Shown here: positions 1 to 8,759 of the stretch, piece by piece
Position numbering within the stretch: position 1 is the stretch's first letter
Layout: every line of letters starts with the position of its first letter
Source of the DNA: an uncultured Chloroflexia bacterium
GTDB taxonomy: Bacteria > Chloroflexota > Limnocylindria > Limnocylindrales > CSP1-4
DNA length: 64,000 nt
Assembly: GCA_963719285.1 (NCBI GenBank)
Contig: CAVRBO010000004.1
Location: 95,103-159,102 of the forward strand
Reading direction: 5' to 3'
Notes under the pieces: model-generated
Seen by the model: only the letters and a program-made list of their open reading frames with translations
Database searches by the model: none
Told to the model about the DNA's origin: nothing
Program-made: the position numbers and the translations under genes

Positions 1-501
1 GGTGGCCAGCACGTTCTGGGCGAACCCGCCCGGGTGGACGAGCGTCTCGACGACCGATTCCATCGGCAGTTCGGTGACCGGCACGTAGACGCTCGACCGT
101 CCGGGCAGGTCCGGATCGTCCAGGCCGACGACCTTGCGCCGGACCGGTCGTTCGGTGCCGAGGTGGTGGCGGCCGGAGTAGGTCCGGACCGTCTCGCCGT
201 CGGAGATCCAGACCTCGTAATCGGCCGAGACGGGGCCTTCGGGGTCGGTCGAGATGACCTTGGCGTCGCCAGGGTGGCGGAGGCTCACTTCGTGTACCGC
301 CCGCCGTTCACCGCCCACCGCGACGTTCGTCTCCTCGACCCGCAGCCGCAGGGTCTGGAAGCGGAGCTCCGCGTCGCGCATGAAGGTGAACAGGGTGGCC
401 ACGTCGGGCAGGCCGGGGGCCAGGACGAGGATCTCCGCGTGCCGCCGCCCGTCGACCGGCACGAGCGTCCGCGAGGCACGATCCCAGGGGCTGGTGGACA
501 T
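1..501 (-). CDS. Hypothetical protein, possible LolA/RseB-like fold (runs off window edge)
   Basis: Not in the ORF track. Manual translation from ATG 501 stays open to base 1 (MSTSPWDRASRTLVPVDG...YEVWISDGETVRTYSG...). TACGAT -10 lies 7 nt upstream. VWISDGETVRTY resembles the LolA-family xxSDGxxxWxY motif. Confidence 0.6.
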   Translation of the reverse strand, partial: MSTSPWDRASRTLVPVDGRRHAEILVLAPGLPDVATLFTFMRDAELRFQTLRLRVEETNVAVGGERRAVHEVSLRHPGDAKVISTDPEGPVSADYEVWISDGETVRTYSGRHHLGTERPVRRKVVGLDDPDLPGRSSVYVPVTELPMESVVETLVHPGGFAQNVLAT

Positions 502-535
502 CGATCCGATCGTATCAGAGCCGCCGACGCGCGGG

Positions 536-1949
536 TCAGCCGCCTCCGCCGGCGCCCTCGAAGCCGGGTGCCGTCATCCGGGCCGGGTCGAGCAACCGGT
601 CGAGCTCGTCGGCGGCGATGCCCCGCTCCAGGGCGAGGTCGCGGATCGAGCGGCCGCTCTTCAGGGCCTCCTTGGCCAGGCCGGCCGCGGCGTCGTAGCC
701 GATGACCGGGGCGAGCGCCGTCGCGAGCATGAGGCCCCGTTCCACGAGCTGCGGACCGCGCTCGGTGGCCTGGAGGCCCGCGACGCACCGGTCGGCGAAG
801 TTGCGAGCCGACGCCCCGAGGAGGCCGATCGATTCGAGGATCGCCAGGGCCGTGACCGGGAGCATCACGTTGAGTTCGAGGAGGCTCCCGGTCTGGCTGA
901 ACGCGATCGTCGCGTCGTTGCCGACGACGCGTGCGACGACCATCGTCAGGCTCTCGACGATGACCGGGTTCACCTTGCCGGGCATGATCGACGAACCAGG
1001 TTGCGTCTCGGGCAGGGCGAGCTCGCCGAGTCCCGGCCCGCGGGCCCGTGCCCATGAGCCGGATGTCGCTGCCGATCTTCCACAGGCTGAGGGCGATGGT
1101 CCGGAGCGCCCCATGGGCGGCGATCGCGGCGTCGATGGTCGCCTGGGCGTGGAAGTGGTTGTCGGTCTCGCGGACCGGCAGGCCGATCAGCTCCGAGAGG
1201 CGAGCGGTGGTCCGGGCCGGATAGTCCGGGTGGGTGTTGATCCCCGTCCCGACCGCCGTCCCGCCGAGCGGGACGGAAAGCAGCTCGGCCTGGGCGGCCT
1301 TCGCCCGGCGGATGCTCTCCGTGACCTGGCCCGCGTAGCCTTCGAACTCCTGGCCGAGCCGGATGGGCGTGGCGTCCTGGAGGTGGGTCCGGCCGGTCTT
1401 GACCACCCCGTGGAACTCGACCGCCTTCGCGGCCAGTGCGTCGTGGAGCGCCTGGAGCCCGGGCAGGAGGTCCTCCTCGATCGCGACGGCGGCGGCCAGC
1501 TGGAGCGCGGTCGGGATGTTGTCGTTCGAGGACTGGCCGGCGTTGACGTGGTCGTTCTGGTGGACCCTGGAGCCCAGCTTGTCGGACGCGAGGTGGGCGA
1601 TGACCTCGTTCGCGTTCATGTTCGTCGAGGTGCCCGAGCCGGTCTGGTAGACATCGATCGGGAAGTGCGCGTCGTGCTGGCCGTCGGCGACCTCGTCGGC
1701 GGCCGCGACGATGGCCGCGGCGATGTCGGCCGGCAGCACGCCCAGTTCCGCGTTCGTCTCGGCGGCGGCCTGCTTGATGAGCGCGAGGGCACGGATGAAC
1801 CCGCGCGGCATCCGCTGGCCGCTGATCGGGAAGTTCAGGACGGCCCGCTGGGTCGAGGCGCCGTAGAGGGCGTCGGCCGGGACGGCCATCTCGCCCATCG
1901 AGTCGCGTTCGACGCGCGTCGCGGGAGCCGAGCCGGCTGGATCCGTCAT
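536..1949 (-). CDS. fumC: Class II fumarate hydratase (frameshift near 1033)
   Basis: TRVERDSMGE, QTGSGTSTNMNANEV and KTGRTHLQDATP are in one frame; signature GSSIMPGKVNP is in the 536..1114 frame. One extra base in a G run joins them. Confidence 0.93.
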
Positions 1950-2014
1950 GCCGGCGATTGTAGGCCGCCCCGCCTTCGCGGGACCTCTCCTACCCTGCGT
2001 CCTACACTGCGCCG

Positions 2015-2542
2015 ATGGAGTTCAGCTCGGATACGTTCCGCCTCGTCATGGGCCACTTCGCGACCGGCGTGACCATCGTGACCGTGTTCGATGGCGATGC
2101 CCCGGACGGCATCACGGTCAACGCGCTCAGCTCCGTGAGCCTCGAGCCGCCGCTCGTCATGGTCGCCCTCGACCGGCGCCGCCACATCGTCCCGGCCGTC
2201 CGGGCCGCCGGCAGGTATGCGGTGAACATCCTGGGCGAGGGGCAGCAGCACCTGTCCGACTGCTTCGCCGGGGCCGACCTGGAGCCGGGTCGCGACCTCT
2301 TCTGCGGCGCCACGTGGCGACCCGGCGAGACCGGCCTGCCGCTGATCGACGGGTCGATCGCCACGCTCGAATGCACGATCGTCCAGACCGTGTCGGTCGG
2401 CGACCACGACCTCTTCATCGGCCGGGTCGATGCGCTCGCGAGCGCCGACGACCAGCCGAGCCCGCTGCTCTACTTCCGGCGCCGCTACCTGCGGGTCGAG
2501 AAGGCCCGGGCCGTCGTGCCCCAGGGCCGCCCGCAGCCCTAG
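2015..2542 (+). CDS. Flavin reductase family protein (HpaC/RutF-like)
   Basis: FRLVMGHFATGVTIVT, SVSLEPPLV and GDHDLFIG motifs. Confidence 0.92.
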   Translation: MEFSSDTFRLVMGHFATGVTIVTVFDGDAPDGITVNALSSVSLEPPLVMVALDRRRHIVPAVRAAGRYAVNILGEGQQHLSDCFAGADLEPGRDLFCGATWRPGETGLPLIDGSIATLECTIVQTVSVGDHDLFIGRVDALASADDQPSPLLYFRRRYLRVEKARAVVPQGRPQP

Positions 2543-2554
2543 GCGACCGAGCTC

Positions 2555-3328
2555 ATGCCCACGGTCCGCGCCAACGGCCTCGACGTGGGGTACGACCTCG
2601 ACGAGCCGGCCGCTGCCGACGCGGCAACGCCGACGCTGATCCTGCTCCACGGCGCGACCTCGATCGGGGCCGACGACTGGGCCGCTCAGCGGCCGCTCCT
2701 CGCCCGGACCTTCCGGGTCTACCTGCCCGACGCACGCGGGCACGGCCGGACCCGCTGGGACGCGATCGACGGCTGGACCCACGGCCGGCTCGTGGACGAT
2801 CTCGAAGCGTTCGTGGACGTCCTTGGCATCGAGCGGTTCCATCTCGCCGGCTTCTCGATGGGCGCGATGACCGCGCTGACCTACGGGGTGCGCCATCCGG
2901 AGCGCCTGCGCACGCTGCTCGTCGCCTCGATCACGACCCAGCGGGAGCCGCGGGCGAGCGTCGCCCGGCGGCTGATGGACCCGGCCCGCGTCGACGCCGA
3001 TCCGGCCTGGCGGGCCGCGCTCGCTCGCCGTCACGACGAGGGGCAGGGGGTCGACGCCTGGCGGCGACTCCTGCCGGCCATCGCGGCGGACGTCGTCGTG
3101 CACCCGCTCCTCACGCCCGGCGAGATGCGCAAGGTGGAGGTCCCGACGCTGCTGTGCGTCGGCGACCGCGATCCGTTCGCGCCGGTGGACCACGTCTGGG
3201 GGATGAAGCGCCAACTGCCCGACGCGCAGCTGTTCGTCGCCCCGAACTGCGGCCACGAGGTCATGGCCCGCCGGCCGGCGCTGTTCAACGAGGCGATGAT
3301 GGCGTTCTACCGCGCCGCCAGGGGCTGA
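2555..3328 (+). CDS. Alpha/beta fold hydrolase
   Basis: LLHG, DARGHGRT, GFSMGA nucleophile elbow, GDRD, CGH. Confidence 0.92.
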   Translation: MPTVRANGLDVGYDLDEPAAADAATPTLILLHGATSIGADDWAAQRPLLARTFRVYLPDARGHGRTRWDAIDGWTHGRLVDDLEAFVDVLGIERFHLAGFSMGAMTALTYGVRHPERLRTLLVASITTQREPRASVARRLMDPARVDADPAWRAALARRHDEGQGVDAWRRLLPAIAADVVVHPLLTPGEMRKVEVPTLLCVGDRDPFAPVDHVWGMKRQLPDAQLFVAPNCGHEVMARRPALFNEAMMAFYRAARG

Positions 3329-3437
3329 GGCGCGCAGGTCTGCCGGTCCCGGCCGGTCCCGGCCCGGTCGAGGGCCTTCACGGGGCGTGGATACTGTCAG
3401 CAGCCACGCCGGCGGATCCACCAGCACCGAGGAGCCC

Positions 3438-4304
3438 GTGACCGACGCGCCAGCCGCCACCGCCGCGCCGCGTCCGGATGCCCAGGGACCGGGCGTCCTT
3501 CGGGTCGACTTCCCGGCGCCGGCGCTCGACGGACGGCCCACTGGAGTCGAGGACCCGGCCCGCCACGTGGCGCTCGTGACCCTCGATCGTCCGGCCCAGC
3601 TCAACGCCCTGAACGACGCGCTGCTCATGGCCCTCGCGTCCGCGCTGGAACGCCTCGACACCGATCCCGACTGCCGCTGCGTCGTCATCACCGGGGCCGG
3701 CGAGCGGGCGTTCGCGGCCGGTGCGGACATCAAGGAGCTGATCGACCAGACGACGGAGTCGCTCGTCGAAGGCGGCTCGTTCGATGCGTGGGATCGCGTC
3801 CGGCGCGTGCGCAAACCGCTCATCGCGGCCGTGCGCGGCTACGCCCTCGGCGGCGGCTGCGAGCTGGCGATGGCGTGCGACATGATCGTGGCCGGCGATG
3901 ACGCCCAGTTCGGCCAGCCGGAGATCAAGATCGGCGTCATCCCCGGCGCGGGTGGCACCCAGCGCCTGACCCGGGCGGTCGGCAAGGCCAGGGCGATGGA
4001 GCTCATCCTGACCGGTCGGCCGATCGACGCCCGTGAGGCGGATGCCCTGGGCCTGCTGACGAGCGTCGTGCCGGCCGAGGCGACGCTGGCCGCCGCGCTG
4101 GCGCTGGCCGGTCGGATCGCCGCGATGCCACCGCTCGCCGTGATCGCCGCCAAGGAGGCGGTCCGGGCCGCGTTCGAGGGCAGCCTGACGACCGGGCTCG
4201 AATCCGAGCGGCGCCTCTTCTTCGGGCTGTTCGGGAGCGACGATCAACGCGAGGGCATGGCCGCGTTCATCGAAAAACGTACGCCGCGCTGGAGCGGCCG
4301 CTAG
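3438..4304 (+). CDS. paaF: Enoyl-CoA hydratase (PaaF-like)
   Basis: AFAAGADIKE, GYALGGGCELAMACD, FGQPEIKIGVIPGAGGTQRL; GTG start after GAGGAG; paa context. Confidence 0.85.
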   Translation: MTDAPAATAAPRPDAQGPGVLRVDFPAPALDGRPTGVEDPARHVALVTLDRPAQLNALNDALLMALASALERLDTDPDCRCVVITGAGERAFAAGADIKELIDQTTESLVEGGSFDAWDRVRRVRKPLIAAVRGYALGGGCELAMACDMIVAGDDAQFGQPEIKIGVIPGAGGTQRLTRAVGKARAMELILTGRPIDAREADALGLLTSVVPAEATLAAALALAGRIAAMPPLAVIAAKEAVRAAFEGSLTTGLESERRLFFGLFGSDDQREGMAAFIEKRTPRWSGR

Positions 4305-4370
4305 GCTGGAGGGACCGGCACCTCGATCGCCGGCAGGCCGGAGCGATCCGGCAGGAGGGCAGGGCAGGGC

Positions 4371-5183
4371 ATGGACGACGACGGACGCGGAGGACCCGGA
4401 GAGCCGGGCGCGAGGCCACGCGGCCCCGAGGGCAGCGACTATGGCCGGACGTTCGACGAGGATCGGAGCGGCGCCCTGCGCGATGCGCCACCGTCGATCC
4501 TGGAGCCGATCGCCGCGGACGCACCGGTCAGCGGTCATCGCCCGGGTCCCGAACAGCCCGTCGCCCTCGCGGCCGACGCGCCCGAGCACGACTTCGGGGC
4601 GGCCAGGGGCATCATCGTGCCGGCCCTCCGACCGGTCGGGACCCAGGGCCGGCCGATCTCGACCCTCCACGGCGGCGCCGCGGAAGGTCCGGCCTCCCAC
4701 GCCCAGCCGCTGCTCGACGAGGGGCCGTGCGGCCTCCCGGTCGTCTACACCATGCCGGCGACGGGCTTCGACGTCGTCGTGAACGGCGATCACCTCGCGT
4801 CGTGGGGCGTGGCGATCGATGCCGTGCAGGACGCCGCGATCGTCAATCTCCGCGCCTGGTCGGCGGGGGCGCCCTGGACCGACGAGGTCTCCGGCGACCG
4901 GCGACTGCTCTCGTCGGACACCGGCGAGGGCAGCGACGCGGCCCGGATCCTCCTCCCGGAGGTGCGCGAGCATCTCGTCCATGAGCTCGGCTCGACCGGT
5001 CGGGTCCTCGTCGGCCTGCCTGAGCGGCACCTGCTCGTGGCGGGCACGCTGCGACCGGACGACACGGCGTTCGCGGCGCTCTTCGCCGAGTTCGTCCTCG
5101 AGCAGTCCGGCGGGGCGGACGAGCCGATCGACCGGCGGGTGTTCGAACTGGTCGACGGCCAGCTCGTCGACTTCGCGGGTTGA
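4371..5183 (+). CDS. Uncharacterised protein, DUF1444/YtpQ-like
   Basis: GSDAARILLP, VLVGLPERHLLV and PIDRRVFEL recall DUF1444 motifs. Its stop overlaps the TTG start of the next gene. Confidence 0.6.
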   Translation: MDDDGRGGPGEPGARPRGPEGSDYGRTFDEDRSGALRDAPPSILEPIAADAPVSGHRPGPEQPVALAADAPEHDFGAARGIIVPALRPVGTQGRPISTLHGGAAEGPASHAQPLLDEGPCGLPVVYTMPATGFDVVVNGDHLASWGVAIDAVQDAAIVNLRAWSAGAPWTDEVSGDRRLLSSDTGEGSDAARILLPEVREHLVHELGSTGRVLVGLPERHLLVAGTLRPDDTAFAALFAEFVLEQSGGADEPIDRRVFELVDGQLVDFAG

Positions 5184-5969
5184 CCGAGGGCGCCGAGACC
5201 GTCCGGGTCGAGGTCGGCGACGGCCTCGCGACCGTCACCCTGGCCCGGCCGGAGGCGCTCAACGCGCTGGACCGGCCGATGAAGACGGCACTCCTTGGCC
5301 GCATTGAGGCGGGTCGGGCGCGACCGGGAGATCCGGGCCGTGATCCTGACCGGTGAAGGCCGGGCGTTCTGCGCCGGCCAGGACCTCAAGGAGCCTTTCG
5401 GTGGCGACGACCCGTCGCTGGAGGAGGAGATCCGCGACCGCTACAACCCGCTGATCCTGGCCCTCCGACGACTGCCGAAGCCGGTGATCGGTGCGATCAA
5501 CGGCGTCGCGGCCGGAGCGGGGTGTTCGCTCGCCCTTGCGTGCGACCTGCGGATCGCGTCCGAGGGCGCGTCGTTCGTGCTGGCCTTCACGCGGGTTGGC
5601 CTGGTGCCGGACAGCGGCGCGTCCTGGTTCCTGCCCCGGCTGGTCGGGAGTGCCCGGGCCGCGGAACTGGCGCTGCTCGGCGACCCGCTGAACGCCACGG
5701 ACGCAGAACGGATCGGGCTCGTGAGCCGGGTCGTGGCCCTGGATCTGCTGATGACCGAGGCGCGGGCGCTCGCGGTCCGCCTGGCGACGGGCGCCCCGAG
5801 CGCGCTCGCCCTTACCAAGCGCGCCCTGGCCTTCGCCGAGACCTCGACCCTCGAAGCGGCGCTCGACCACGAGGCGTACCTCCAGGGTATCGCCGGTGGC
5901 ACCGCCGACTTCGCCGAGGGCAGCGCCGCCTTCCGGGAGAAGCGGCCCCCACGGTTCACCGGGGAGTAG
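5180..5969 (+). CDS. paaG: Enoyl-CoA hydratase/isomerase, PaaG-like (frameshift near 5295)
   Basis: TTG 5180 gives MTEGAETVRVEVGDGLATVTLARPEALNAL; after +1 shift it reads RAFCAGQDL, GVAAGAGCSLALACD, GLVPDSGASWFLPRLVG. Confidence 0.82.
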
Positions 5970-6024
5970 CTCCTCGCTATGCCCAGCGTGCCGCGGCCGA
6001 TCGCGGCCCGTCACCCGACGCCGG

Positions 6025-6053
6025 TTGACGCACCGGCCGGGGCCGCGTAGCGT
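6025..6053 (+). promoter_or_regulatory. Sigma70-type leaderless promoter for paaA
   Basis: TTGACG (6025-6030), 17-nt spacer, TAGCGT (6048-6053), then 6 nt to ATG 6060 with no SD. Confidence 0.65.
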
Positions 6054-6059
6054 CAGGCC

Positions 6060-7055
6060 ATGACCGACCCGCTGTCGCTCGATCCAGTCCTGCCGGTCAC
6101 CGAGCGCTCGTCCGGGCGGCTCGAGTTCCAGCCCGGCATGTCGGACGACGAGCGGTTCGCCCGGTTCGAGGCCCACGTCCACGGTGGCGGCAAGGTCGAG
6201 GCGACCGACTGGATGCCCGACGAGTACCGCGTCGGCGTGCTGCGCTTCGTCGAGATGCATGCGAACAGCGAACTGATGGGCGTCCTGCCCGAGCGCGAAT
6301 GGATCCTCCGCGCGCCGACGCTCCGCCGCAAGCTCGCCCTGACCTCGAAGGTCCAGGACGAGGTGGGCCACGCCCAATTGCTCTATCGCGTCGCCGAGGA
6401 CCTCGGCAAGCCGCGCGAGCGGATGGTCCAGGACCTGCTCGACGGGAAGACGAAGTTCCACAACGTCTTCCACTACCCGACGCGCTCGTGGGCCGACATC
6501 GGGATCATCGCCTGGCTCGTCGACGCGGCAGCGATCGTGGCCCAGCAGGCACTGCGCGACTCGAGCTACGCGCCTTACGCCCGGACGATGCGCAAGATCT
6601 GCTGGGAGGAGTCCGTCCACATCATGCACGGCCGCGACGTGGTCGTGACCATGGTCAACGGCACCGCCATGCAGCGCGACATGATCCAGGAGGCGCTCGA
6701 CCGGTGGTGGGGTCCGCTCATGCAGATGCACGGCCCGCGGACCCCGCGCGAGAAGGACCGCGACATCTACTGGCGGGTGAAGGCCAAGACTTCCGAGGAG
6801 CTGCGCCAGGAGTTCCTGACGATCTACGTGCCGCGGTTGCTCGAGCTCGGGCTGACGATCCCCGATCCGGAGCTCCGCTATAGCGCCACGGACGCGGCGT
6901 GGCACTACACCGAGCCGGATTGGAACGAGCTCCGGACCGTCGTCACGAACCACGGCCCGAAGTCGCAGGAGCGGCTCGACTTCCGACGCCTCAACTGGGC
7001 CTCCACGGCCTGGGTCCGCGAGACGATCCTCGCGGCACCGGTCGCGGCCGCCTGA
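6060..7055 (+). CDS. paaA: 1,2-phenylacetyl-CoA epoxidase subunit A
   Basis: KVEATDWMPDEYR, RAPTLRRK, KVQDEVGH, SSYAPYAR, ICWEESVH diiron motifs. Confidence 0.93.
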   Translation: MTDPLSLDPVLPVTERSSGRLEFQPGMSDDERFARFEAHVHGGGKVEATDWMPDEYRVGVLRFVEMHANSELMGVLPEREWILRAPTLRRKLALTSKVQDEVGHAQLLYRVAEDLGKPRERMVQDLLDGKTKFHNVFHYPTRSWADIGIIAWLVDAAAIVAQQALRDSSYAPYARTMRKICWEESVHIMHGRDVVVTMVNGTAMQRDMIQEALDRWWGPLMQMHGPRTPREKDRDIYWRVKAKTSEELRQEFLTIYVPRLLELGLTIPDPELRYSATDAAWHYTEPDWNELRTVVTNHGPKSQERLDFRRLNWASTAWVRETILAAPVAAA

Positions 7056-7063
7056 CCGGCGCC

Positions 7064-7417
7064 ATGCCGAAGCGGGCCGACCGCACGGAGCCACCTGCCC
7101 CCGAACGCCGACTCGAACCCTGGGAAGTCTTCCGGCGCGAGCGCCCGGGCGACCCGATGGTCCACGGCGGATCGGTCATGGCACCCGATGCCGAGCTGGC
7201 GCGCCACTACGCCCGCGAGATGTTCGGCCGTCGGCAGGAGAGCGAACGCCTGTGGATCGTCCGGCGGTCAGATATCGGCGATCTCCACGACATGGACCTG
7301 CTCCATCCGCCGCTCGATCGCTCGTACAAGAAGCCCGGTGGCTACGTGATGCGCGACAAGCTCGCCGCAGCGAGGGCTCGGACCGGGCAGGCGAAGCCGA
7401 AGGCGCGCGAGGGATGA
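7064..7417 (+). CDS. paaB: Phenylacetyl-CoA epoxidase subunit B
   Basis: PWEVFRR...HGGSVMAPDAELA...ARE.FGRR.E..LWIV; located between paaA and paaC. Confidence 0.85.
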   Translation: MPKRADRTEPPAPERRLEPWEVFRRERPGDPMVHGGSVMAPDAELARHYAREMFGRRQESERLWIVRRSDIGDLHDMDLLHPPLDRSYKKPGGYVMRDKLAAARARTGQAKPKAREG

Positions 7418-8196
7418 CGGCCGGGGGCAAGCTCACCGCAGCGGCGCGCGAGGCGCTCGGTGGGTTGCTTCTCGCGCTCGCCGACGACGAACTCATCATC
7501 GGCTACTGGGACAGCGAGTGGACCGGGATCGCGCCGCAGCTCGAGGAGGACGTGGCGATGTCCTCGCTCGCCACGGACGAACTCGGCCACGCCCGGGCGT
7601 TCTACACACTCCTGGGGGACCTGACCGGTCGGGACCCGGACGCGATCGCCTACGACCGTCCGGCCGAGGCGTTCCGGCACGCCCGGATCGTGGACCACCC
7701 ACGGACCGACTGGGCATTCTCCATCGCCCGCCGCTGGCTCTACGACACGGCCGACGCCGTCCGCCTGGAGGCGCTGGCCGAATCTGCGTACGAGCCGCTC
7801 GCCGAGCTCGTGGCGAAGGTCCGGCGCGAGGAGCGCTACCACGTGATGCACGCCGATGCGTGGCTGCGCCGCCTGGCCGGCGGCGACCCGGTCGCGCGCC
7901 GTCACCTCGAGCGGGGATGGGCGGCCCTCGTCGACGACGGCACGAGCGTCTTCGCGCCACTCCCCGGGGAGGCGGCACTCGTCGCGGCCCGGATCCTGCC
8001 CGTTCGCCTCGACCTGCTCGCCGAGCGCTGGACCGCCCAAGCCGACGCCGTCGCCGCGGAGCTCGGCCTCGCCCGCCCGGCGCCGACCGCTGCCTCATCG
8101 CAGGCGCGCGGCCGCCTCGACCACTCGGCCGATTTCGCGTGGCTGTGGTCGGAGATCACGTCCGTCCGCCGGCTCGACCCGGCGGCCACCTGGTGA
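7414..8196 (+). CDS. paaC: Phenylacetyl-CoA epoxidase subunit C
   Basis: LALADDELIIG, APQLEEDVA, DELGHAR, REERYH; ATGA overlap with paaB. Confidence 0.92.
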   Translation: MTAGGKLTAAAREALGGLLLALADDELIIGYWDSEWTGIAPQLEEDVAMSSLATDELGHARAFYTLLGDLTGRDPDAIAYDRPAEAFRHARIVDHPRTDWAFSIARRWLYDTADAVRLEALAESAYEPLAELVAKVRREERYHVMHADAWLRRLAGGDPVARRHLERGWAALVDDGTSVFAPLPGEAALVAARILPVRLDLLAERWTAQADAVAAELGLARPAPTAASSQARGRLDHSADFAWLWSEITSVRRLDPAATW

Positions 8197-8243
8197 CCCC
8201 GAGGCCTGACCGAGAGTCCATCGGTCCGGGGTAGGATTGCCCG

Positions 8244-8757
8244 ATGCACGCCCCAGCGATGCTCGCTCCTACGGACGTCGAAACCGTCTGGGCCGCCCTC
8301 GCGGAGATCCCGGACCCCGAGATCCCGACGATCTCGATCGTCGACCTCGGCGTCGTCCGGTCCGTGGATCTCTGCGACGACGGGGTTACGGTCGAACTGC
8401 TGCCGACGTTCGTCGGGCTGCCCGGCGCTCGAGGTCATCCGCGTGGCCGTGGAGGAGCGGCTGGCCGGTGTCCGCGAGCGGGTCGATGTCGTGTTCAGCT
8501 TCGCGGAACCGTGGACGACCGAGCGGATCAACGACCGTGGCCGGCTCGGGCTGATCGCCGGTGGGTTCGCGCCGCCGGCGCGCGACGGCGCGACGCGCGG
8601 TTCGGCGCCGATCGTGCCGCTCGACGTCCAGGTCGCGTGCCCGATGTGCGGTTCGCGCCGGACCCGCCTCGATAACGTCTTCGGTCCGACGCTGTGCCGG
8701 TCGATCCGCTACTGCCTCGACTGTCGCCAGCCCTTCGAAGGGTTCAAGGTGGTGTAA
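8244..8757 (+). CDS. paaD: Phenylacetyl-CoA epoxidase subunit D (frameshift near 8416)
   Basis: IPDPEIPTISIVDLGVVR, PTFVG/CPALEVI across a GGG run, CPMCGS...FGPTLCRSIRYCLDCRQPFEGFK. Confidence 0.9.
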
Positions 8758-8759
8758 CG

